This document shows, piece after piece, positions 30,709 through 41,718 of a stretch of DNA of 42,651 nucleotides (the stretch's first letter is position 1; the number at the start of each line of letters is the position of its first letter). A program made the translations under genes and the position numbers. The stretch is from a virus (taxonomy: Duplodnaviria > Heunggongvirae > Uroviricota > Caudoviricetes): positions 1 to 42,651 of IMG/VR virus record IMGVR_UViG_2700989535_000001; one strand, given 5' to 3'. Below the pieces are notes generated by a model. It made no database searches, was not told the origin of the DNA, and saw nothing but the letters and a program-made list of their open reading frames with translations.

Positions 30709-31401
30709 ATGTTATATGCATTTAAGCTGGGCAGAAAACTGCGCGGAGAGGAACCTTATTGCCCTGAAAAGGGTGGAAAAGGTGGCAGTTCTGATAAAAG
30801 CGCAAAGTATGCCGCAGAAGCTCAGAAGTATGCAGCAGACCTGCAAAATCAGCAGTGGCAGACGATCATGAAAAACCTTGCTCCGTTCACGCCTCTTGCG
30901 GAGCAGTATGTTAACCAGTTGCAGAATCTTTCCAGTTTAGAAGGTCAGGGGCAGGCACTTAATCAGTATTACAACTCTCAGCAGTATAAAGACCTTGCAG
31001 GTCAGGCGCGTTACCAGAGTCTTGCTGCTGCGGAGGCGACGGGTGGACTTGGTTCGACAGCCACAAGCAATCAACTGGCTACGATCGCGCCGACACTCGG
31101 TCAGTCTTGGTTATCAAACCAGATGAGCAATTACAACAATCTGGCAAACGTTGGGCTTGGTGCGCTGCAAGGTCAGGCAAACGCCGGGCAGACGTACGCC
31201 AACAACATGAGCAGCATTGCACAGCAAAGCGCAGCACTTGCCGCTGCTAATGCCAATAAACCATCAAGTCTTCAGACTGCAATTAGCGGTGGCACGTCTG
31301 GTGCGATTGCCGGTGCAGGTCTTGCCAGCCTTTTGGAAACATCAACGCCTTGGGGCGCTGGCATTGGTGCTGGTATCGGATTGCTTGACTCGTTGTTTTA
31401 A
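30709..31401 (+). CDS. Ejection protein (P22 gp7-like)
   Basis: 230-aa ORF; N-terminus MLYAF.LGRKLRGEEP..PEKGGKGGSSDKSAKY as recalled for gp7. Confidence 0.75.
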   Translation: MLYAFKLGRKLRGEEPYCPEKGGKGGSSDKSAKYAAEAQKYAADLQNQQWQTIMKNLAPFTPLAEQYVNQLQNLSSLEGQGQALNQYYNSQQYKDLAGQARYQSLAAAEATGGLGSTATSNQLATIAPTLGQSWLSNQMSNYNNLANVGLGALQGQANAGQTYANNMSSIAQQSAALAAANANKPSSLQTAISGGTSGAIAGAGLASLLETSTPWGAGIGAGIGLLDSLF

Positions 31402-31410
31402 GGGGTAATC

Positions 31411-32799
31411 ATGGCTACTTGGCAAGGAACAAACGGCGGATTGTTGGCTGGTATCGGCGGCGTCAACTCAAACGCTCCGAGCGTAAATGACATCGGCAAT
31501 ACGCTTCAGCTTATCAGGCAGAACAATGATATTGAGCGTTCAGGCGCTAACAATGTTGGGCTGACTGCTTTGCAAGGCCTTTCAGGTATTGCGGGGGTGT
31601 TTCAGCAGGAAAAGCAGGCTCAGCGGCAGAAAGAATTTCAGCAGGCATACGCTAATGCTTATGCGTCTGGTGATCGCGGTGCTTTGCGTCAGTTGGCTAC
31701 TCAATATCCAGAACAGATTGAATCCGTTCGTAAAGGCATGGGATTCATTGATGAAGACCAGCGTAATTCTATCGGCACCTTAGCGGCTGGCGCACGCCTT
31801 GCGTCATCGTCTCCAGAAGCAATGCAATCATGGCTGCAAAACAACGCCAAGGAACTGACTCGCGTCGGTGTTGACCCTAACAGCGTTGCTCAGATGTATC
31901 AGCAGAACCCTTCAGGATTTGGTGAGTTTGTTGATCACCTTGGAATGGCTGCTCTTGGTCCAATTGATTACTTCAATGTTCAGGACAAGATGGCTGGTCG
32001 TGAGATTGATCGCGGGAAACTTGCAGAGACAATCCGCAGCAATCAGGCTGGCGAGGCGCTAACAGCACGAGGCCAGAACATCACGATGCGCGGTCAGGAC
32101 TTATCTGCTTCTACTGCGCGACGAGGTCAGGATTTGGCAATGCAGCGAGCGTCAACAAGAGGAATCGCTGGGAATGATGAGCGTACAGTTCAGTTATCAG
32201 ATGGCAGAACTGTAACGGTAGGCGGGAAGCTTCATGGCGCTGGGGCTAATGCGTTCTACGAAGGCATCGACAACGATGGGAATATGGTTCGCGTCCCTGC
32301 CAGTTCAATCGCTGCGCCTGCAACATCGTCTGCATCAGCACAAAACTATGCCATGAAGAAGGATATCGACGCGATCGCAAATGCAGACGCTTCTGCTCTC
32401 GATTTCATGACAGGAATGACAGGTGGTGCAGGTAATCCAGCAATTGGTGCTGATGTTCGCAGCCGATTAACGGGAAAAGAGCAGCGCCAGTTATATAACT
32501 CAGCACAACGTATTCAGGGCAGAATGCAGAATCAGGGTGTGGCGGCAGCAAGGGACATGGGTGCCAGTGGTATTAACACCGTTGCAGAAGCGAAGATGTA
32601 TTTTCAGGGGATGCCGCAGGTTGACTATTCAAGCCCGGAGGCTATGCAGCAGTCGATTCGTGAGATTCAGGAATACACCAACAATTACAACCAACAATAT
32701 AACGTTAATGTTGGTAAATCTCAGCGGCAGCAATCTCAACCTGCACAGGTATCACAGCCAGCAGCCAGCAGTAACTTTTCTTCACTATGGGGTGATTAA
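31411..32799 (+). CDS. Ejection protein (P22 gp20-like)
   Basis: 462-aa ORF in the conserved position; length matches gp20. Confidence 0.7.
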   Translation: MATWQGTNGGLLAGIGGVNSNAPSVNDIGNTLQLIRQNNDIERSGANNVGLTALQGLSGIAGVFQQEKQAQRQKEFQQAYANAYASGDRGALRQLATQYPEQIESVRKGMGFIDEDQRNSIGTLAAGARLASSSPEAMQSWLQNNAKELTRVGVDPNSVAQMYQQNPSGFGEFVDHLGMAALGPIDYFNVQDKMAGREIDRGKLAETIRSNQAGEALTARGQNITMRGQDLSASTARRGQDLAMQRASTRGIAGNDERTVQLSDGRTVTVGGKLHGAGANAFYEGIDNDGNMVRVPASSIAAPATSSASAQNYAMKKDIDAIANADASALDFMTGMTGGAGNPAIGADVRSRLTGKEQRQLYNSAQRIQGRMQNQGVAAARDMGASGINTVAEAKMYFQGMPQVDYSSPEAMQQSIREIQEYTNNYNQQYNVNVGKSQRQQSQPAQVSQPAASSNFSSLWGD

Positions 32800-34796
32800 T
32801 GGCTAAAGCATGGAAAGATGTTATCGCCTCTCCACAGTATCAGGCGTTAGCACCAGAACAAAAAGCGCAGGCTCAGGAGCAATACTTCAATGAAGTCGTG
32901 GCCCCGCAAGCCGGAGAAAATGCAGAGCAGGCTAAGCAAGCTTTCTATGCTGCCTATCCATTGCCATCTGTGCAGCCAGTGGAGACACAACAACCAGTAG
33001 CACAGCAACAACCACAGCAAAGCGGATTTATGTCTGATCTTGGTGAAGCAGTAAAAGAGACTGGTCGCGGACTGGTGCAGGCTGGCGTGAACGTGGCAAA
33101 CATACCTGCATCAGTTGCCGATGCTGTAACAAGCGCGGCGGCTTGGGCTGGCGGTAAACTCGGCATTGGCGATGGTACATATCAACCAGCGCCACGAGTA
33201 ACAACGCAGGGATTAGAGCAGGACTTTGGCCTTCAGCAAGGCGCGCTGACTCCACAAACGACAGAGGGAAGGGTATTTGCTGAAGCATTGCCTTACCTCA
33301 CTCCTGCTGGCGTTGAGAGAGCGGCGGTACAGGCACCAACACTTGCTGGTCGAATTGCTCAGGGGGCAACTCGCCTTCTCGCAGAAAACGCAGTTGGATC
33401 ACTTGCTGCAAACAGTATGAAAGATGATGCGGAAGCACTCGCCACCGATTTAGGCGTTGGTGTACTTGCTGGCGGTGCTATTAACGCTGCCGGACGTGGA
33501 TTAGGTGCTGCTTATCGTGGCGTTCGTGGTGCTATCGCGCCAGAAGCGCAGCAGGCTATCAGATTTGCAGAGCGTGAAGGAATTCCTCTGCACACCACAG
33601 ACCTGTTACAACCCACTTCCCGCGTCGGAAAAATGGCGCAGACTACAGCAGAAAATATCCCTCTGGCTGGCACAAGCGGAATGAGAGCAACGCAACAGGA
33701 AGCGAGAAGCCAGTTGGTGCAGAGATTTGCTGATAAATTCGGTGAGTATGATCCAGCGGTTGTTATTGACAGCCTTAAAGCGAAAACATCAGGAATTCGT
33801 CGTGCCGCCGGTAATCGACTGGAGCAGGTTCAGAATGCTATGGCTGGAGTAAACATTCAGCCTGCGCGAGCAATTCAGCAGATTGATACAGAAATATCTA
33901 ATCTGCAGAAGCTTGGTAAGGTCGCCGATAACGAGACTATTTCAAAACTTCAGTCCTATCGTGATGAGCTTGTTCGCAATGCTGGGCCTGATGGTCCGGT
34001 AAATCTGGATTTGAAGCAATTAAGCGATCTGCGCAGCCAGTTCAGAATGGACGTGAAGGGTGAGAGACCAGTGTTACCAAACCGTTCCGATGCTGCCATT
34101 CAGCGCGTTTACAAGGCAATGACCGACGATATCAATGGTGCCATTGGTCAGAATCTTGGCAACGATACTCTCCGTAAATATCAGCAGGCCAATGCAGTCT
34201 ACGCTGACGAAGCAGCGAAACTAAAGAATACCAGGCTGAAGAATGTTCTCATGAAAGGCGACCTGACGCCGGAAGTTGTGAATAACATGCTATTCAGCAA
34301 GAACAAATCGGAAATCAAGACGCTGTATAACTCAGTTGGTCGCGTTGGAAGAGCGCAAATGCGCAATGGCATCATTGGAAAGGCGATGGAGAAATCTGGC
34401 GGATCCCCTGACCAGTTCCTTCGGCAGCTTAATATCCTGCAAAACCAGACTGGCATCACATTTAAAGGTCAGGAAGCCGCTTATCTGAAAGGATTGAAAA
34501 ACTACCTGCAATCCACGCAGCAGGCTGCAAAAGCAGCAGTAACAACACCAACAGGGCAGCAAACCATACCGTTCATTATCGGATATGGGACGGCAATGAA
34601 CCCTGCAACAACTGGAGCAGCAGTAAGCTACGGACTTCTTGCTCGCGCCTATGAGAGTGAGCCATTCAGAAATGCAATGCTACGAATGGCAAATACCCAA
34701 CGCGGATCAACAGCGTTTGAGAAAGCCATGCAGCAGGCACAAAAGGCCATTAACGCCCTGACTCAGGGGGCTAAGTCTGATGCGCTGTCAGAATAG
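32799..34796 (+). CDS. Ejection protein (P22 gp16-like)
   Basis: 665-aa ORF in the conserved position, overlapping the gp20-like stop. Confidence 0.7.
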   Translation: MAKAWKDVIASPQYQALAPEQKAQAQEQYFNEVVAPQAGENAEQAKQAFYAAYPLPSVQPVETQQPVAQQQPQQSGFMSDLGEAVKETGRGLVQAGVNVANIPASVADAVTSAAAWAGGKLGIGDGTYQPAPRVTTQGLEQDFGLQQGALTPQTTEGRVFAEALPYLTPAGVERAAVQAPTLAGRIAQGATRLLAENAVGSLAANSMKDDAEALATDLGVGVLAGGAINAAGRGLGAAYRGVRGAIAPEAQQAIRFAEREGIPLHTTDLLQPTSRVGKMAQTTAENIPLAGTSGMRATQQEARSQLVQRFADKFGEYDPAVVIDSLKAKTSGIRRAAGNRLEQVQNAMAGVNIQPARAIQQIDTEISNLQKLGKVADNETISKLQSYRDELVRNAGPDGPVNLDLKQLSDLRSQFRMDVKGERPVLPNRSDAAIQRVYKAMTDDINGAIGQNLGNDTLRKYQQANAVYADEAAKLKNTRLKNVLMKGDLTPEVVNNMLFSKNKSEIKTLYNSVGRVGRAQMRNGIIGKAMEKSGGSPDQFLRQLNILQNQTGITFKGQEAAYLKGLKNYLQSTQQAAKAAVTTPTGQQTIPFIIGYGTAMNPATTGAAVSYGLLARAYESEPFRNAMLRMANTQRGSTAFEKAMQQAQKAINALTQGAKSDALSE

Positions 34797-34885
34797 CTTC
34801 GCAAACACCAGGAACGTGCAAAAGCCAAATATGTAGAATGCAATATTCAGCATATCTCTTTGCATAAATCCTCCGTAACTGATGG

Positions 34886-35146
34886 TTAACTGCTGTCTTT
34901 TTTATATAGCTCTTTGAGAGTATCAAAGACAATTTTCTTAACCATATCAGATTGTTGTTCTGCCATACGCTCTGCATCGTCAATGTAAACTGATGCAGAG
35001 CTTTGTTTAGCCAATGATTCTTCAATCGCTGCAATTATCTCTGAGTTCAGCGACCTGTTATTCATCTTCGCACGCTGCTTAATTTTCGCGTGGAGTTCAT
35101 GCGGAAGTCTCAAGTGAAACTGCGCCTCGTCGTATTTGCTGTACAT
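34886..35146 (-). CDS. mnt: Mnt-like ribbon-helix-helix repressor (orphan; no arc/ant)
   Basis: Recalled similarity to P22 Mnt (F.RMP.E...K.RA..N.RS.NSE...NDAERLA.EQS.LVKK.VFDTLK.LYKK); divergent to the tailspike gene. Confidence 0.7.
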   Translation of the reverse strand: MYSKYDEAQFHLRLPHELHAKIKQRAKMNNRSLNSEIIAAIEESLAKQSSASVYIDDAERMAEQQSDMVKKIVFDTLKELYKKDSS

Positions 35147-35267
35147 GCTTGATGCCTCACCAGTTGGGTGGAATGGCATCGTAACCTACTGGATAAATAC
35201 TCAATAGTACCATTTCGGTATGCAATCACATCATGGTTGCATCATATCATTCGTCTGGAGCAATGAA

Positions 35268-37331
35268 ATGTCAGATATCACCGCAAATGTTGTGGTAAGC
35301 ATGCCTTCGCAACTCTTCACTATGGCGCGTTCTTTTAAAGCCGTAGCCAATGGCGAAATTTATATCGGGAAAATTGACACTGACCCGGTAAATCCTGAAA
35401 ACCGGATTCAGGTTTATGTAGAGAATGAAGACGGTTCTCACGTTCCTGTTTCTCAACCAATCATCATTAACGCCGCCGGTTATCCGGTATATAACGGACA
35501 GATTGCCAAATTCGTTACCGTGCAAGGCCATTCTATGGCTGTTTATGATGCATATGGTGCTAAGCAGTTCTATTTTCCGAATGTGCTGAAGTATGACCCT
35601 GATCAGTTAAGGGGGGAGTTAAGTAATAAACTTATATATGTTGCTATTAATATAGAGCAAGAGGATGTCCCAGAGATATTTAATCATGTAATGATTCATG
35701 GTAGATATGTTTATGAATCATCCACCCTCACGCTCACCCCAGATGGGATATTAATTATCAGGAGCAGAAACGGTAGGATATTTGAATTAAAGAAAACCAG
35801 ATCTATTTATGCTTCTGATTTTTGCAATGACGCACAAACACTACAAAAGGCGTATGAATCCGCAGCGTCTATTGGTGCAGAATTCATTATAGATAAATCA
35901 TTTGAAGGCTTGATGGCTGTGAATGAAGACCCTTTTTCCCCTGGAAATGATGCTTTTAAATCTGTGTTAAGATGCGTAGATAATAGCACTATAAGATTTG
36001 AAAAGGATGGGGCATTAAAACTAGCAAATCAAAACAGGCCACAAAGCCATATCATTTACATAGCAAACGGTGTTAAAAATGTAAATATTTATAATCCTGT
36101 ACTGGAAGGTGATCGGTTAACAAACACATCCGAAGGAGAACATGGGTGGGGGCTTACAATACTTCAATCATCTAACATTCGTATTATTGGTGGACTGTAT
36201 ACCAACATGTTTGGCGACGGAATATACATAGGAATGAAGTGGGGGACTAACGATGGAACGGTTCCAGAAAATATCTATATAGAAAAACCGATCATCAAAC
36301 AATGCAGGCGTAACGGTATAAGCCTAACGTCAGGTGAAAACATAATAATAGTTAATCCTGAGATTTATAATATTGGTGACTACGGAGGTGTTACAGGTGC
36401 TATGCCGAAATCTGGAATAGATATTGAACCAGAGGCAGACGAAAGTGTGCCTGGACACACTGTCCCTCGGCTGATTAATTGTGAAATCTCAAACCCATAC
36501 ATCAATGGTGCGTATACTGGTTTGGAACTTAATATTTTCCCTGACGGTCTTGTAGCTGATGTAATCATCTCTGGGAATACAACACTAACTAATGTGACTA
36601 ACAGAGGTGTGACAGCTACTAGAGTTAATGGAAATGGTATAGGAAAGATCTTAATTGATAGAGTAGTATTTAAAACGTCTCCTTTAGACTTTTGTGTTTT
36701 TGAAATGCTGGGGGATGACCGCCTTTTTGTGGAAATAGGTGAAATTGTTGATGAAACTACTATAGCAGGTGGGGATAAAATAATCAGGTTATTACCTAGA
36801 ACTATTGATCCAATAAGCATCGGGGTATCTCGAAATTTTAAGAATCTGGTTATTAAAAAATGTACATCTACTATATCAACATTTTTAGTTTTGGCTGGCA
36901 TTAGTTTAAAAGAGTACTTTATTGATATACATATAGGAAAGGAGGAAGATAATATAACCACATCATTAGCCTATGATAGTGTAGATACTGGCCCTGCCCA
37001 GATAAGAGGATTTATTGGAGGGATTGCCACAATAACATCTTTTCAAAATACAAAGCTGTTAAATAATACCATTATATTTAACCATAGCACTAATGATATT
37101 GATATAATCGCAAGCAGCGCTGGTGATTTCAGAGAGTTAAAAATAATAAGAGCTATGACAACCTCATCACCAGGCAGAGCAATAGGCGTAGCAAATATAA
37201 GATTTGTAAGTAACTCTTCAGAAGTAACGCAAGTAGCCACCACGGAATTCGGCTCTTGGATTAAAATAAAAAACAAAGAAGGCATGTATAGTGAAATAAC
37301 TGGGGCGTATGGTAATTGGATTTTCTCTTAG
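35268..37331 (+). CDS. Tailspike (P22-like head-binding N-domain; divergent receptor-binding domain)
   Basis: N-terminal about 120 aa match recalled P22 gp9 (DITANVVVS...[20 protein letters not shown]...VLKYDPDQ); the remainder is AT-rich and unlike P22 gp9 as I recall it. Start at the internal ATG with GGAG SD. Confidence 0.8.
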   Translation: MSDITANVVVSMPSQLFTMARSFKAVANGEIYIGKIDTDPVNPENRIQVYVENEDGSHVPVSQPIIINAAGYPVYNGQIAKFVTVQGHSMAVYDAYGAKQFYFPNVLKYDPDQLRGELSNKLIYVAINIEQEDVPEIFNHVMIHGRYVYESSTLTLTPDGILIIRSRNGRIFELKKTRSIYASDFCNDAQTLQKAYESAASIGAEFIIDKSFEGLMAVNEDPFSPGNDAFKSVLRCVDNSTIRFEKDGALKLANQNRPQSHIIYIANGVKNVNIYNPVLEGDRLTNTSEGEHGWGLTILQSSNIRIIGGLYTNMFGDGIYIGMKWGTNDGTVPENIYIEKPIIKQCRRNGISLTSGENIIIVNPEIYNIGDYGGVTGAMPKSGIDIEPEADESVPGHTVPRLINCEISNPYINGAYTGLELNIFPDGLVADVIISGNTTLTNVTNRGVTATRVNGNGIGKILIDRVVFKTSPLDFCVFEMLGDDRLFVEIGEIVDETTIAGGDKIIRLLPRTIDPISIGVSRNFKNLVIKKCTSTISTFLVLAGISLKEYFIDIHIGKEEDNITTSLAYDSVDTGPAQIRGFIGGIATITSFQNTKLLNNTIIFNHSTNDIDIIASSAGDFRELKIIRAMTTSSPGRAIGVANIRFVSNSSEVTQVATTEFGSWIKIKNKEGMYSEITGAYGNWIFS

Positions 37332-37389
37332 TTAGCTTTGATTTTTTGTAGATAGCATCCCCCATCAATCATATTAATGGGGGATGTGT

Positions 37390-38820
37390 TTATTTTAACT
37401 TTATTACAATAATGTCTTTGGTTGCATGAATGCTATATATATTATTGTCAGAAATTAGATTCCCATTATCTGATATTGATACAGCTTTGTCTGCAGCTGA
37501 TGGCTCAGCGCTAACAACATCTTTTAGTCCATTTCTCATCAATGTAAAAACTCCGCCATCATATCTATTTGTAAATATAGGTGGCAATATATCAGATATT
37601 ACTGGAAATATTTTCTTGTTTATGCTTGCGACAGATGAGTTCTTCGCGTAGCCGTCAATAACAATAAAATCGAGATATTTGGCTTTACTATTATTAATAT
37701 CATTGATCATTTGAAGTGATAAATTATTTTGGAATTTAAATTCTTCTCGTGAAGCATTAATTGTCGCAAAGAATATGGACAGCATGGGAATTGCAATGAA
37801 TAATGACAGCAAGTAATTAATTCTCCAATTAAGGATCACTGAGCCAATCAAAGGAAGCGCCATTATAAAGACACCAAATCCGATAAATATCCTTGATACA
37901 AATACTGGTGATTTGCCAAACACAGACACACCAAAAGAGGAAAAGAAGCAACCAAATATAGATATTGCAATAAAAAATAGTAATTGAAATTTCTTTCGTT
38001 TAATAGCGAAAAACACAGATGATATGGCTATTATTGATAGAAATATATAAAGAGGTATTCCAATACCACTATGAAGAGCAACATCAATTTTTCTAACTGC
38101 GTTAATTATATTCTCATAAACATTGATGACTCCACCTTTATTTAATTCAACTATTTGAGCATATTTCGAGAAGTTATTGTTTAAAGATAATGATTCAAGT
38201 ATTAATTTTGAGTATATAATATATGAAGAGACTACACATGTGACAGATAATAGCACTCTGCTGGCTATTGATGTAAACTTTTCCCCTTTCAATGCTTCCA
38301 TTGCAACCACTACTGATGCAAGCCCAATGTACACATTTATTGAGGCCTGATACAATCCAAGCGATATTGTTAGGCACAGTAGTGATGATATGGCGAATGT
38401 TCTACTTTTTGTAAAAATGAATGGAATAGCAGAAAGTGCAATAGATAAAATCATAAATGCACCATCATATCTAAATAGCATATTAGACAAAAGAAAAGGG
38501 TTAAGCATAAATATTGCAAAAGTTATATTAACTATAACCCCATCTTTTGATAGTATATTTTGCAATGCCTTTGTTAGTGATATAACAAGAAGCACAGACG
38601 TTAAAACTAGTGGTAGTGGGTAAATATCTGGTATGCTTTCAGATCTAAAGAAAATAAATGATTTATAGAATAAATCTGCAAAAGGCCTTCCATCTTCAGA
38701 CCAACCATAATATCCCCAATACGATCTAAATACATCATCATAGTAGTAAATATTACATGTTATAATAAAAAACAAAATAACAAATAGTATGAAGTAGTTG
38801 ATTTTAATTGTTTTATTCAT
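37390..38820 (-). CDS. Serotype-specific O-antigen glucosyltransferase (GtrC-type polytopic membrane protein)
   Basis: 476-aa ORF with many TM segments, immediately downstream of gtrB in an operon; very AT-rich. Confidence 0.65.
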   Translation of the reverse strand: MNKTIKINYFILFVILFFIITCNIYYYDDVFRSYWGYYGWSEDGRPFADLFYKSFIFFRSESIPDIYPLPLVLTSVLLVISLTKALQNILSKDGVIVNITFAIFMLNPFLLSNMLFRYDGAFMILSIALSAIPFIFTKSRTFAISSLLCLTISLGLYQASINVYIGLASVVVAMEALKGEKFTSIASRVLLSVTCVVSSYIIYSKLILESLSLNNNFSKYAQIVELNKGGVINVYENIINAVRKIDVALHSGIGIPLYIFLSIIAISSVFFAIKRKKFQLLFFIAISIFGCFFSSFGVSVFGKSPVFVSRIFIGFGVFIMALPLIGSVILNWRINYLLSLFIAIPMLSIFFATINASREEFKFQNNLSLQMINDINNSKAKYLDFIVIDGYAKNSSVASINKKIFPVISDILPPIFTNRYDGGVFTLMRNGLKDVVSAEPSAADKAVSISDNGNLISDNNIYSIHATKDIIVIKLK

Positions 38821-39737
38821 TTTTTCTTTCTCTTAACAATGAATCTAGGTCTATCTTTGCACTCTATGTAAATTCTTCCTATATATTCACCAAGCACGCC
38901 AATTCCAATGAGTTGAATCCCTCCTAAGAAAAGAATGGACACAATAAGTGATGGGTATCCCCTAACCGGATTGCCAAAAACCAAAGTGTCGATAATCATC
39001 CATGTGCCATATAAAAGAGCCATTCCTGCGACGAATAGCCCAATATAAGTCCACATACGCAGAGGGAAAGTGGAAAAGCTTGTTATACCTTCAAGTGCTA
39101 GGTTCCATAATTTCCACCCATTGAATTTCGTGCTGCCAGCTACACGCTCAGCACGGACATACTCAACAACATCTGTATCCCCACCAACCCAACTAAGAAT
39201 ACCTTTCATGAAAAGATTGCGTTCTGGCAGGAGCTTAATATTCTCCACTACCTCGCGAGACATCAGCCTGAAATCTCCAACATTTTCCTCTATCTGCGGA
39301 TTGCTTATTTTATTGTGGAGCTTATAGAACCACTCAGCCGTTTTTCGCTTCAGTCTGCCATCCGTTGAGCGGTCAGATCGTTTAGCAAGCACCATATCAG
39401 CGCCTGCCTGCCATTTTTCAATCAGTTGAGGTATTACCTCAATCGGGTCTTGCAGGTCAACATCAATAGGAATAACAGCATCGCCTGTTGCATGGTCTAA
39501 CCCTGCAAACAATGCTGGTTCTTTACCAAAGTTGCGCGTAAATGACAGCGGAACAACTAGCGGATCAGAAACAGCCAGAGCGTTAATTATTGACTCTGTA
39601 GAGTCTTTGCTGCCGTCATTTATGAAAACAATTTCCACCTCATATGGCTTCAACTCTTCGAATTCACGTACCGTTTTATAAAAAATTGGTATCGCTTCTT
39701 CTTCATTGAAGACAGGAACTACAAGAGATATCTTCAT
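38817..39737 (-). CDS. gtrB: Bactoprenol glucosyltransferase GtrB (GT2 family)
   Basis: Recalled near-identity to E. coli YfdH/GtrB ([17 protein letters not shown]...); two C-terminal TM helices. Confidence 0.9.
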   Translation of the reverse strand: MKISLVVPVFNEEEAIPIFYKTVREFEELKPYEVEIVFINDGSKDSTESIINALAVSDPLVVPLSFTRNFGKEPALFAGLDHATGDAVIPIDVDLQDPIEVIPQLIEKWQAGADMVLAKRSDRSTDGRLKRKTAEWFYKLHNKISNPQIEENVGDFRLMSREVVENIKLLPERNLFMKGILSWVGGDTDVVEYVRAERVAGSTKFNGWKLWNLALEGITSFSTFPLRMWTYIGLFVAGMALLYGTWMIIDTLVFGNPVRGYPSLIVSILFLGGIQLIGIGVLGEYIGRIYIECKDRPRFIVKRKKK

Positions 39738-40096
39738 TTCGCATCCCTAAAGACAATGAACTTTGAATATACGAAACCGCACACCAGGCTGATGGCGGAG
39801 AAAGTGATAAGGGTTAGCATCGGGGGAAGTGCGCATCTATCAGCAGCCCATCCAACAGTTGCACTCAGTGTTCCCATGAACCCGACATATAACATGTAGC
39901 GCATCGTTGTAGTCGATGCTTTGAATGTGAATTTTGCATTCGCGAAGAAGCTAAAACTCACAGCCACAACGAAACCTGCGAAGTTTGCCAGAGCCTGATT
40001 TGTATGCGCGGCATAGATACATACACCAAAAACCACCCAGTGTATAAGTGTGTTCAGCACACCAATCGAGGTGTACTTTGCAAATAGCTTTAACAT
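39734..40096 (-). CDS. gtrA: GtrA flippase (bactoprenol-linked glucose translocase)
   Basis: 120-aa 4-TM protein; recalled near-identity to E. coli YfdG/GtrA. Confidence 0.9.
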   Translation of the reverse strand: MLKLFAKYTSIGVLNTLIHWVVFGVCIYAAHTNQALANFAGFVVAVSFSFFANAKFTFKASTTTMRYMLYVGFMGTLSATVGWAADRCALPPMLTLITFSAISLVCGFVYSKFIVFRDAK

Positions 40097-40249
40097 TTCT
40101 TCTGTCAGCTAATAATCAAAGGCATGAAGTCTATCATCCAAGTCTCAATCGATCGATGACTTGCTGTGGTTGATAAGACAAAACTGAGACAAACAAAGCT
40201 TTATACTGGATTGCAAGGCTTTGTGCTCTTCGATAGTGGTTAAGGTGGA

Positions 40250-41407
40250 TCACTCCACATTTTCATCAATCCAGTCCGCCCACCATTGCATCATTTCTCT
40301 GCGTTTATCGAGATACTGAGCATGGTTGTAAATCCCGCGCACAGATCCGCCGTTGGCATGTGCCAGTTGCACTTCAATAGCATCAGCAGGCCATTCGTGC
40401 TCGTTCATAATCGTGCTGAATTCATGCCTGAATCCGTGACCGCTTTCCAGACCCTCATAGCCGATTTGTTTGATCACAAGCAATACCGCGTTCTCGCAGA
40501 TTGGCTTCTTCTTATCGTTGCGCCCGGCAAAAACAAACTCTGATACTGGTTTGGTGATTGAGCTTAGCGTAGTGAGAAGTTCAACTACCTGGTCTGACAT
40601 AGGAACCACATGAATTTTGCGTCCCTTCATCACATTGGCGTCGATGGTGATAATCCTGTTTTCAAAATCGACGTTCTTCCATTGCATGGAACGAAGCTCT
40701 TTCGTTCTTAGGGCTGTGTAGCGTAAAACTTTGGTCGCAATGAGCGATACGATACTTCCTGAAAATGTTGCCAGTGCTTTGTTGAATGCAGGGATCTGGT
40801 CTGCAGGAAGAAACGGGAAGTTCTTCTTGCGGTATCCCTTCATGGCGTCAGCAAGGTCAGGTGCCGGGTTATATTTAGCCCTGCCGGTGACAATAGCGTA
40901 ACGGAAAACCTCGCCGCATCTTCTGCGGGCTTTGTTGGCTCTCTCCATTGCGCCGCGATCTTCAAATCTGCGGATTACTTCCAGCAGTTGCATCGGCTCA
41001 ATATCTTGAATTTCAAGGCCGCCGATGATAGGTAAAATGTCGTCATCAAACATTTTTGCAAGTTCAGTCGCATACCCTACTGACCATACTTGCTTCTTGT
41101 GCTCGTACCATTCTTTGTAAATCGCACTAAAGGAATTGTTGTTAGACGAAGCCTTTTTCGCTTTTACCGGATCGATGCCAACCGAGATGTCTTTCCTCGC
41201 AGTCCATGCTTTATCCCTTGCCTCCTGCAAAGTCATAAGCGGATATTTTCCTACGGTCAGTATTTTTTCCTTACCGTCAATCTTGTAGCGAAGCTGCCAT
41301 ACCTTTTTCCCGGATACAGGGACATAAAGGTACAGGCCATTACCATCGAGAAGGCGGTATGGTTTTTCTTTCGGCTTTGCTGCTTCAATCTGCTTAACGG
41401 TGAGCAT
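40250..41407 (-). CDS. intS: Tyrosine integrase (P4-type, IntS-like)
   Basis: Recalled similarity to K-12 IntS from MLTVKQIEAAKPKEKPYRL; catalytic HGFRHEF and RGIYNHAQY motifs; adjacent to the tRNA and att core. Confidence 0.85.
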   Translation of the reverse strand: MLTVKQIEAAKPKEKPYRLLDGNGLYLYVPVSGKKVWQLRYKIDGKEKILTVGKYPLMTLQEARDKAWTARKDISVGIDPVKAKKASSNNNSFSAIYKEWYEHKKQVWSVGYATELAKMFDDDILPIIGGLEIQDIEPMQLLEVIRRFEDRGAMERANKARRRCGEVFRYAIVTGRAKYNPAPDLADAMKGYRKKNFPFLPADQIPAFNKALATFSGSIVSLIATKVLRYTALRTKELRSMQWKNVDFENRIITIDANVMKGRKIHVVPMSDQVVELLTTLSSITKPVSEFVFAGRNDKKKPICENAVLLVIKQIGYEGLESGHGFRHEFSTIMNEHEWPADAIEVQLAHANGGSVRGIYNHAQYLDKRREMMQWWADWIDENVE

Positions 41408-41568
41408 GGGTAAAAATCCGGTGGGTAAAATTATTTTATCCACTTTTTACCCGTCATGGAGTGCGGCTGTCAACGATCTGACGCGAACCATTACGAACTG
41501 TGAATCTACGGAAGGCTTGATATTCAGGGGATTTTGCGGACTGGTACGGATGGGAGCGAACTGATAAA

Positions 41569-41583
41569 TGGTGTCCCCTGCAG
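41569..41583. repeat. att core copy (TGGTGTCCCCTGCAG) overlapping the tRNA-Arg 3' end
   Basis: Exact direct repeat of 1690..1704. Confidence 0.8.
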
Positions 41584-41643
41584 GAATCGAACCTGCAATT
41601 AGCCCTTAGGAGGGGCTCGTTATATCCATTTAACTAAGAGGAC
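41569..41643 (-). tRNA. argW: tRNA-Arg (anticodon CCU)
   Basis: 75-nt sequence whose reverse complement reads GTCCTCTTAGTTAAATGGATATAACGAGCCCCTCCTAAGGGCTAATTGCAGGTTCGATTCCTGCAGGGGACACCA with CCA end; cloverleaf-compatible. Confidence 0.9.
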
Positions 41644-41718
41644 AATGCGGCATGAGTATACCCGCTAATGGACTGCGGGGTAAGTACGCTGCCGCTCGAT
41701 TGCTTAAACCCTCGCCAT

